Assembly: GCA_028713285.1 (NCBI GenBank)
Contig: JAQTOP010000004.1
Location: 20,241 to 84,240, forward strand
Reading direction: 5' to 3'
Source of the DNA: Terrimicrobiaceae bacterium
GTDB lineage: Bacteria > Verrucomicrobiota > Verrucomicrobiia > Chthoniobacterales > JAATET01
DNA: 64,000 nucleotides
The notes below the pieces were generated by a model that worked only from the letters and a program-made list of their open reading frames with translations, was not told the origin of the DNA and ran no database searches. This document shows positions 57,064 to 64,000 of this stretch, piece by piece. Each line of letters starts with the position of its first letter. The stretch's first letter is position 1. A program made the translations under genes and the position numbers.

Positions 57064-58314
57064 TCACCGGAGGGCCTCCGGCAGATCAAGCCGTTTCCGC
57101 AGCGCGCTCAAGGCCGCCTGGGTCGCGAGGTCCTTGAACGTGCCGCGGTCGGTCGGAAAGAATTCCCGCCAGACGAGCGTGGGCCGCCCCCGCTCCGCCA
57201 GGGCGAGAAACACCGTGCCGACCGGCTTCTCCCCCGTGCCGCCACCCGGCCCCGCGATCCCCGTCGTGGCGAGGCCAAAATCCGCCCCGGCTCGCTCGCG
57301 CGCGCCCTCCGCCATCTGCCGCGCCACGGGCTCGCTCACCGCACCGTGCCCGGCGATCAGCGCGGCATCGACGCCCAGCTCCGCCGTCTTCATCTCGTTC
57401 GCGTAGGTCACCCACCCCGCTCCGAAAACCTCGGAGGCGCCGGGCACATCGGTAATGCGATTCGCGAGCAGGCCGCCGGTGCAGGATTCCGCGATGGCGA
57501 GCGAGCGGCGCTGCGCGCGCAACTTCGCTACGACGACCGACTCAAGCGACTCCTCGTTGCGGGAAATAATGAACTCGCCCAGCTCCGCCAGCACCAGCGG
57601 CTCGACCTCGTCGAGCACGGAGGATGCGCCGATGAGCCGCAGATCGACTTCGTTCGGGCGCGCGCAGTAGCCCACCTCGAGGCCGGCGATTTCCGAAAGC
57701 CTCAAGCCGATGCGCGATTCGACCAGCGACTCGCCGATGCCCACGCAGCGATAGACCCGGCATTCGGCCACCACCGCGTCGCGCATGAGGTCCCGCAGCC
57801 GCGGCAGCACGTGGCCCTCGAACACCGGCTTGAGTTCGCGCGGCGGACCGGGCAGCAAAAAGAGATGCGGCGTGCGCGCCGCCGGTGTCTCGAAAGGCGG
57901 TAGATACAGGCCCGGCGCGGTGCCGTGGGCATTTGGCAGAACAGTGGCACCCTCCGGCACCATCGTCTGGCGCCGCATCCGCTCTTGGAACGCGAAACCC
58001 CGCCGCGCGCACCGCTCCTGGATCGCCCGCAGAATTTCGTCATCTTCAACCAGCCGGCGTCCGAGAAGTTCCGCGGCGAGCTCGCGCGTCACGTCATCCG
58101 TCGTCGGTCCGAGGCCGCCGGTTACGAGCAGCACGTCGCAACGCGGAAATGCCTCGATGAACGCGTCGCGAATCGGCGCTCCGTCGGGCACCGCGGTTTG
58201 TCGGGCAAGCCGCAACCCAAGCGGGAAGAGCGCGCGCCCGAAATAGGCGGCGTGAGTGTTGACGACGTTTCCAAGCAGCAACTCGGTGCCGGTGTTAAGG
58301 ACTTCGACCTTCAA
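57064..58314 (-). CDS. cinA: Competence/damage-inducible protein A (NMN deamidase fusion)
   Basis: Motifs GTELLLG, TGGLGPTTDD, AESCTGG, TTGIAGPGGG; start probably TTG 58314. Confidence 0.93.
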   Translation of the reverse strand: MKVEVLNTGTELLLGNVVNTHAAYFGRALFPLGLRLARQTAVPDGAPIRDAFIEAFPRCDVLLVTGGLGPTTDDVTRELAAELLGRRLVEDDEILRAIQERCARRGFAFQERMRRQTMVPEGATVLPNAHGTAPGLYLPPFETPAARTPHLFLLPGPPRELKPVFEGHVLPRLRDLMRDAVVAECRVYRCVGIGESLVESRIGLRLSEIAGLEVGYCARPNEVDLRLIGASSVLDEVEPLVLAELGEFIISRNEESLESVVVAKLRAQRRSLAIAESCTGGLLANRITDVPGASEVFGAGWVTYANEMKTAELGVDAALIAGHGAVSEPVARQMAEGARERAGADFGLATTGIAGPGGGTGEKPVGTVFLALAERGRPTLVWREFFPTDRGTFKDLATQAALSALRKRLDLPEALR

Positions 58315-58371
58315 GATGGCGGTCGGTTGAAATCCCTTCCCGCTCGACTCCCCCAATCGCAAATCACGGAT

Positions 58372-59205
58372 TCAGCAGCAGTCCGCCGTGAGCGCGCGAA
58401 TCCAGGCGTTCACCTTGGAGTGATTGTCGAGATCGTGCTTGAGATCGAAGACATAAAGGAGGTTCGCGAGCACCCGCACGAGGATTTGCCGCGCCGTCGC
58501 GTCGGCGAGATGGGTTTTTTGCAGGCTGAGGTGCTGCTTCGCGAGGATCGAGACGCAGTCCGCCTTCGTGAGGATGCGGCCACGATGGAAGGGGTCGAAA
58601 TACAGGTCGCCGTGGCGCGCGATGAAATGGCCGGGCAGATTGATGCCTTCGACGCACATCCCGGCCCGCGCGGCCACCATCATGTAGAGCAGCGTGAGTG
58701 TGATCGGGATGCCCAGGCGCGACTCGATCACGCATGGCAGGAGACAGTTTTTCTCCGAGTAATAATCTTCGGTGTTACCGCGAAAGCCGAGTTCGCCCGA
58801 CATGAAATTCGCCAGCAGCAGCACGCGCTCGCGGCTCGATACGGCGCCCGAACTCTTCAGCAAAAACCGCCGTCCCCACGCGTTCACCTTCGTCTCCAAC
58901 GGCGTGAAATCGATGCCCGGAATCAGCGCGCGCCCCAGCATCCAGTTGGCCCTTTCCAAATCGTGATGGTCGCCGAAGAGATGGCACAGCAGCGTGAATT
59001 CATCCTCGGCCTCCCGGTCCGCAATCAGATCGAGCACTTCGCGGGCGTGGCGGGAAACGCGCTCGTCCTCAAACTCGGCCAGCGACGCGAGATCGTCCCG
59101 CGCATCCTCGCCCACGGCGGCAAGCTGCTCCTTTACCAGTCTGACAGTCTCGGGATCGTTGTCCTGCAGCAACCGGACGATGGCTTCTTTTTGCCCGATC
59201 ATCAT
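58372..59205 (-). CDS. SirB1-like transglutaminase-core protein
   Basis: Motifs GFRGNTEDYY, RLGIPITL, GINLPGHF, DPFHRG. Confidence 0.83.
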   Translation of the reverse strand: MMIGQKEAIVRLLQDNDPETVRLVKEQLAAVGEDARDDLASLAEFEDERVSRHAREVLDLIADREAEDEFTLLCHLFGDHHDLERANWMLGRALIPGIDFTPLETKVNAWGRRFLLKSSGAVSSRERVLLLANFMSGELGFRGNTEDYYSEKNCLLPCVIESRLGIPITLTLLYMMVAARAGMCVEGINLPGHFIARHGDLYFDPFHRGRILTKADCVSILAKQHLSLQKTHLADATARQILVRVLANLLYVFDLKHDLDNHSKVNAWIRALTADCC

Positions 59206-59247
59206 TTCGACACACCGTTAATCCACAATCTCATCGCGCGCAAGGGC

Positions 59248-59433
59248 TCACGCGGCCGTCACCCTCGCCTCGACGACCGCGCCGGGCTCGCACAAAATCC
59301 GGATGGTCATTGGCCGGCAGCACACCGCGCAATCCTCGATAAGCTCCAGCCGCGGCTGCGTCGTCTCGACCTCGATGGTGAACGTCTCGCCACATTGCGG
59401 GCAGACGATCTCGATCTCCTCGACAATGTCCAT
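59248..59433 (-). CDS. CPXCG-motif cysteine-rich small protein
   Basis: CPQCGE...IEDCAVCCRP. Confidence 0.85.
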   Translation of the reverse strand: MDIVEEIEIVCPQCGETFTIEVETTQPRLELIEDCAVCCRPMTIRILCEPGAVVEARVTAA

Positions 59434-59837
59434 CACGCCGAACCCGGAGGAGCCTCTTCGAAAGGAATGCGCGGCGCGTCGCCCCACAAATCCTCGAGCA
59501 GGTAAAACGAGCGGGCCTCGTGGTGGAAGACGTGGACGATCACCTGCGCGAAATCGATAACCACCCAGCGGCTGGCCGGCGCGCCGTCCTCGGAATACGC
59601 CCCGTGCCCGAAATCCTCGCGCACCCGGGCGCGAATGCCGCCCGCGATGGCCTTGAGCTGCGGATCCGACGTGCCGCTGCACACGACGAAGAAATCCGTG
59701 AAATCCGAAATGCCCCGCAGGTCGATGATCTGGATGTCTTCCGCCTTTTTGTCAGCGGCGGCCTCCGCGCAGGCGCGGGCGAGCTTTTCGGAGTCATCCA
59801 CTTTGCGCTCAGTGCCGCGCGGCGAAGATTCACTCAT
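59433..59837 (-). CDS. rsfS: Ribosome silencing factor
   Basis: Motifs DKKAEDI, WVVIDFAQVIVHVF, FYLLEDLW. Confidence 0.93.
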   Translation of the reverse strand: MSESSPRGTERKVDDSEKLARACAEAAADKKAEDIQIIDLRGISDFTDFFVVCSGTSDPQLKAIAGGIRARVREDFGHGAYSEDGAPASRWVVIDFAQVIVHVFHHEARSFYLLEDLWGDAPRIPFEEAPPGSA

Positions 59838-60390
59838 GCCGATACAGCCCGTTTCGTTGGATGACTTCGCATGCCTGTTCCGGCAGCAGATACCGGATGG
59901 ACTCCCCGCGCGCAACGCGATTCCGCACCTCGGTGGACGACACATCGACCTGCCGGCAGACGCGCGCGAATTCCCCGATCGTCCCGCCGACGTCGCGATC
60001 GAGCACCACGAACTGCACGAGCCGCCTAAGTTTCTCGAACTCGCGCCACGTCGGAAGTTTCGCGAGATTGTCTTCGCCGACCAAATAGAAGAACTCGTCG
60101 CCGCGATGCCGCTCGCGCATCCACCGCACGGTGTCGATGGCAAACGACGGCGCCGCCCGGCGGATTTCGCAATCATCGACCTCGAAGCCCGGCTCGCCCG
60201 AGATCGCCGCGGAAACGATTTCCAGCCGCGTCTTCGCCGGCGCCGGCTCGCGTTCGAGCTTGTGCGGCGAAATTGCCGCAGGAATGAAAATCACGCGGTC
60301 CAATCCGAGCTGCTCGCGCGCCTCGCGCGCCAGGATGAGGTGCCCGATGTGAATCGGATCGAAGCTTCCGCCGAAGAGCCCGGTCTTCAC
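59830..60390 (-). CDS. nadD: Nicotinate-nucleotide adenylyltransferase
   Basis: Motifs GGSFDPIHIGHL, SPHK, VSSTEVR. Confidence 0.94.
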   Translation of the reverse strand: MKTGLFGGSFDPIHIGHLILAREAREQLGLDRVIFIPAAISPHKLEREPAPAKTRLEIVSAAISGEPGFEVDDCEIRRAAPSFAIDTVRWMRERHRGDEFFYLVGEDNLAKLPTWREFEKLRRLVQFVVLDRDVGGTIGEFARVCRQVDVSSTEVRNRVARGESIRYLLPEQACEVIQRNGLYRHE

Positions 60391-60453
60391 CTCGACCCGC
60401 TCCTCGCATTTTCCTTGGACAGAACGCCGGGCATATGGTTGATGCCCGCTCTT

Positions 60454-61560
60454 ATGCCATCCGACCACCCCGGTCAACTTCTCCTCGTCGGCGTCCCCGG
60501 CGCCACGCTCGATGCGGACACCGCCGCCCGCTTCCGCGCGATCCAGCCCGGCGGCTACATTCTCTTCGGTCGCAACATCCAGACCCCAGCGCAGCTCCGC
60601 AGGCTCATCGACGACCTGCGCGCCATCTCCGACGTCGAACCCATCATCACCATCGACCAGGAAGGCGGCCGCGTCTCGCGGTTGAAGCTCCTCGGCAACG
60701 AACCGCCGAATGCCCAACAGCTCCGCGAAAAGGGCGACGCCGCGCTTATTCGCCGGCACGGCGACATCACGGGCCGCCTGCTGCGGCTCTTCGGATTCAA
60801 TCTCGATCTCTGTCCCGTGCTCGACATCTCGTTCGACGACGAGGCCGACAATTCCCTGCGCGGCCGCTGCTACGGCACGAATGTCGCGCAGGTCATCGAG
60901 TTCGCCGGCGCATTCAACGACGCCCTCCGAGCCACCGGCATCCTGAGCTGCGGCAAGCATTTTCCCGGCTACGCTTCCGCCACGCTCGATCCCCATCACG
61001 AACTGCCGCTCCTCCACCGCTCGCGCGAACTCATGGAAGAGCACGAACTCGCCGTCTTCCGCCACTTCGCAAAAGACCGGCTGGTGGACAGCATGATGAT
61101 CGGCCACATCGCCGTGGACGGACTCGACGCCAGCGGCCTGCCCGGCTCGCTCTCGCCCACGATCATCAACGATCTGCTGCGGGGCGATCTGGGTTACGAC
61201 GGACTTGTGATGACCGACGACCTCGACATGGGTGCGATCCTGAATCACTTCGGCTTCGCGGAAACGATGCGCATGGCCCTCGCCGCCGGGAACGATCTGC
61301 TCATGATCTGCCATCGCGTCGAACTGGCGGCCGAGGCGCTGGCCGTGATCGAGGAGATCCCCGCCGCCCGGCTCGCGCCCGCGCTCGCCCGCGTCGCGGA
61401 ATTCAAGACCCGGCTCGCGCCGCCCGATCCGTTCAGCGACTCCGCCCACCGCCTCCTCGACGACGAGGTGTGGAAGCTCCGCGTCGCCACGCTCGGAGAG
61501 GCTGTCGCCGCCGAACGCAGCGCCGAGGACGGCAAGCGCTCGCCCGTCGAGCTGTATTAG
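60454..61560 (+). CDS. nagZ: GH3 beta-N-acetylhexosaminidase
   Basis: Motifs IDQEGGRVSR, KHFPG, DPHHELP, TDDLDMGA. Confidence 0.88.
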   Translation: MPSDHPGQLLLVGVPGATLDADTAARFRAIQPGGYILFGRNIQTPAQLRRLIDDLRAISDVEPIITIDQEGGRVSRLKLLGNEPPNAQQLREKGDAALIRRHGDITGRLLRLFGFNLDLCPVLDISFDDEADNSLRGRCYGTNVAQVIEFAGAFNDALRATGILSCGKHFPGYASATLDPHHELPLLHRSRELMEEHELAVFRHFAKDRLVDSMMIGHIAVDGLDASGLPGSLSPTIINDLLRGDLGYDGLVMTDDLDMGAILNHFGFAETMRMALAAGNDLLMICHRVELAAEALAVIEEIPAARLAPALARVAEFKTRLAPPDPFSDSAHRLLDDEVWKLRVATLGEAVAAERSAEDGKRSPVELY

Positions 61561-61668
61561 CCGCTGACCCGCGGAAGGGCCATTTCCCGGCCTCCGCGGG
61601 GCATTGCAACGAAATCGTGACACTGCGGCGGTTGCCGGGAGCCCGTGAAACTCCGCAATTTTTGCGGC

Positions 61669-63135
61669 ATGTCATTCCATTTCGTTAAGCCATCTTTTGT
61701 CATCCAACGGACAATTCTTGCCGCCGGCCTGCTCGCCGCATTTCCACTCCACGCGGCGCCGACGCTCATCGGCATCGGCAGCATCGGCAGCGCCACGGAT
61801 CTCTCCGGCCTGAGCGGAACTCTCGAGAACGGCGTCGATCCCGCGAACGTGCTCGGCGGCATCGGCTCGGGCCTTGCCTGGGCCGGCGGCAACACCTTCC
61901 TCGCCATTCCGGACCGCGGCCCGAATGCCACCGCATGGACCGGGGGCGCGAGCGTCGATAACACGACATCCTATATCTCCCGCGTCCACACGGTCACTAT
62001 CGACGTCTCGAACACCTCTTCCGGCTCGCTTCCCTACACGGTCACCCCGACCCTGCAGAGCACCACCCTCTTCTCCAGCCCGACGGCGCTGACATACGGC
62101 GCAGTCACACCCTCGAACAACGACGCCAGCCATTTCTACTTCGACGGACGCTCGGACAACTTTGGCGCGGGCAATTCGCTGAACCCAAACAACGCACGCC
62201 TCGACCCGGAGGGCATCCGCCTCTCGAACGACGGCACGAAGGTTTATATCTCCGACGAATACGGCCCGTACATTTATGAGTTCAATCGTGCCACGGGCCA
62301 GCGCACGCGCACGATCAACCTGCCGCCGGAGTTCGGCGTGGCGAACCTCAGCGCCATCGGAAATACCGAGATCACCGGCAACACCATCGGCCGCGTGGCA
62401 AACAAAGGCATGGAAGGCCTCGCCATCACGCCGGACGGCACGGCGCTCGTGGGCTTCGAACAAAGCCCGCTCATCCAGGATGGCGGAGATGGCGGCCGCG
62501 CGAACCGCATCGTCAGGATCGACATCGCCAGCGGGGTCACCCAGGAATTCGTTTACGACAACTTCCTCGCCGACAAGAACAAGAACTTCAACAGCAGCGA
62601 GCTGCTCGCGATCAACGACCACGAGTTCCTCGTCCTCGAGCGCGACGGCAAGGGGCTCGGCGACGGCACGAATGCCGTGGTCAAGCGCCTTTACAAAATC
62701 GACCTGAACGGCGCGACGGACATCAGCCTGCTCAATGGCGGCGCCGGAATCAGCGGCGAGGCCAGCCTCCTTCCCTACGCCGTCAGCAAGAGCCTCTTTC
62801 TCGACGTGAAGCTGGCGCTCAACTCGGCCGGACTTACGGACGCCCAGATCCCGGCGAAGCTCGAAGGCGCCGCCTTCGGAGCGGACATCGTCGAGGGGGC
62901 CACGACCTATCACACGCTCTACATCGCGAACGACAACGACTTCATCCCCGGCACGGCGGGCCCGAATAATTTTTATGTTTTCAAGTTCACCGATGCCGAC
63001 CTCGGCGGGTCGGTGTTCCAGAACCAGTCGTTCTCGGCCGTCCCGGAACCCGCCTGCGCACTCCCGTTCGGCGCCATCCTCGGCCTGCTCTGCTTCCTCC
63101 GCATCCGGAAGCGCAATGCGGCGCTGCGCGCCTGA
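61669..63135 (+). CDS. Phytase-like esterase family protein with PEP-CTERM sorting signal
   Basis: Motifs PDRGPN, LDPEGI, SDEYGPYI, NKGMEGLAI, LVLERD, ANDNDF; ends VPEP + TM + RIRKR. Confidence 0.88.
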   Translation: MSFHFVKPSFVIQRTILAAGLLAAFPLHAAPTLIGIGSIGSATDLSGLSGTLENGVDPANVLGGIGSGLAWAGGNTFLAIPDRGPNATAWTGGASVDNTTSYISRVHTVTIDVSNTSSGSLPYTVTPTLQSTTLFSSPTALTYGAVTPSNNDASHFYFDGRSDNFGAGNSLNPNNARLDPEGIRLSNDGTKVYISDEYGPYIYEFNRATGQRTRTINLPPEFGVANLSAIGNTEITGNTIGRVANKGMEGLAITPDGTALVGFEQSPLIQDGGDGGRANRIVRIDIASGVTQEFVYDNFLADKNKNFNSSELLAINDHEFLVLERDGKGLGDGTNAVVKRLYKIDLNGATDISLLNGGAGISGEASLLPYAVSKSLFLDVKLALNSAGLTDAQIPAKLEGAAFGADIVEGATTYHTLYIANDNDFIPGTAGPNNFYVFKFTDADLGGSVFQNQSFSAVPEPACALPFGAILGLLCFLRIRKRNAALRA

Positions 63136-63265
63136 TCGACTGCGGCCCGAGCCGCATCCTGTCTGATCGTCGTTCAACGAAAATCGTGGTCCTGCGTCGG
63201 CGCACCCATTCGTCGGAGGAACGGGAGACGATCCCAAATGTACGGGATTCCGAACAACGATGCGC

Positions 63266-63751
63266 ATGAAAGCGAAGATCAGCCCGTGCCTGTGGTTTGA
63301 CGGCCAGGCCGAAGAGGCCGCGAATTATTACACCGCCATTTTCCCCGACTCGAAAATCACCGCCGTCTCGCGCTACGGCGAGGCTGGCAGTCAGGAGCAC
63401 GGCTGGAAGCCCGGCTCGGTAATGCTCGTGGCCTTCGATCTGGGCGGACAGCCCTTCACCGCCCTCAATGGCGGGCCGGAATTCAAGTTCAACGAAGCGG
63501 TCTCGTTCCAGATCGAGTGCGCGACGCAGGACGAAATCGACCATTACTGGGAAAAACTCTCCGCCGTCCCGGAGGCGGAAATGTGCGGATGGCTCAAGGA
63601 CAAATTCGGCCTCTCGTGGCAGGTCCTTCCCGAGCTCCTGCCCGAGCTCCTCGGTGCCCCGGACCACGCGGGCTCCCAGCGCGCGATGCAGGCGATGCTG
63701 CAAATGAAGAAGCTCGACATCGCCGGCCTGCAGCGCGCGTTTGCGGGATAA
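63266..63751 (+). CDS. VOC/PhnB-like (3-demethylubiquinone methyltransferase family) protein
   Basis: Motifs PCLWFDGQAEEAA, ALNGGP, CGWLKDKFGLSWQV. Confidence 0.88.
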   Translation: MKAKISPCLWFDGQAEEAANYYTAIFPDSKITAVSRYGEAGSQEHGWKPGSVMLVAFDLGGQPFTALNGGPEFKFNEAVSFQIECATQDEIDHYWEKLSAVPEAEMCGWLKDKFGLSWQVLPELLPELLGAPDHAGSQRAMQAMLQMKKLDIAGLQRAFAG

Positions 63752-63767
63752 AGTTCATCCACGGACC

Positions 63768-64000
63768 CTAGGCAACCTCCTGATAGAGGTATTTCTGAAA
63801 GCCGGAAAAGGCGTCCCGGATTTGCGCCACGTTTCCAAGCTCCGCCAAGGCGTCGGTAATGGCGTGATATTTGAGCTGTAGCAGCGGCGTGAGCTTTTGC
63901 TGGTCGAGCTCTTCGACGCCCTCTGTCACATAATGCGAAAGCACGAAATCGAGGAAGACCTGCTGCTTGCTGTTGAAGTGCGTGCTGATCGCCACCTTCG
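63768..64000 (-). CDS. hsdR: Type I restriction enzyme R subunit, C-terminal part (gene enters from the right edge)
   Basis: KQQVFLDFVLSHYVTEGVEELDQQKLTPLLQLKY...FSGFQKYLY resembles EcoEI-type R C-terminal domains. Confidence 0.78.
   Translation of the reverse strand, partial: KVAISTHFNSKQQVFLDFVLSHYVTEGVEELDQQKLTPLLQLKYHAITDALAELGNVAQIRDAFSGFQKYLYQEVA

Noticed and set aside
11676-63135. Window-wide phosphate theme (pst, CHAD, phytase-like)
   Set aside because: The genes are tens of kb apart among housekeeping genes, and I saw no shared PHO box at CHAD or the phytase-like gene.

Overview
High-GC bacterial chromosome window, most likely Verrucomicrobiota (Chthoniobacterales/Terrimicrobium-like). 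That placement is inferred from the PEP-CTERM protein, LptD/LolA/OprB and the split nuo operon, so the organism is a diderm. From left to right: nuoG-H-I-J-K-L-M(partial) on the minus strand; an OprB-family porin; an arsenic operon (arsR, DUF6428, acr3, two arsC) directly followed by pstSCAB-phoU; a flippase-like/LolA/MMPL export trio; cydAB behind a perfect FNR box; lysS, coaB, carbonic anhydrase and ilvB. Next comes the standout feature: a compositionally distinct ~5.7 kb cassette carrying a complete Gram-positive-style D-alanylation system in the order dltC-dltD-dltX-dltA-dltB. The 44-aa dltX (ending FIYQGF) is missing from the ORF track. A divergently transcribed, secreted SxxK/YxD serine hydrolase sits beside it and may be a matching D-alanyl esterase. 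The rest holds priA, an AsmA-like gene, tadA, rpe, folC, accD, comF, a CPBP protease, bioA, a HAF-repeat protein, ugd, lptD (with a ~79-aa helical insert), galE, a 3D-domain protein, an orphan terminator/sRNA candidate, a CHAD protein, a sugar cassette (second rpe, ribokinase, GH172), nadD-rsfS-CPXCG-sirB1-like-cinA, nagZ, a phytase-like PEP-CTERM protein, a VOC protein and the 3' end of a type I restriction subunit. I saw no rRNA, tRNA, CRISPR array or transposase. All calls rest on reading motifs by eye; no searches were run.
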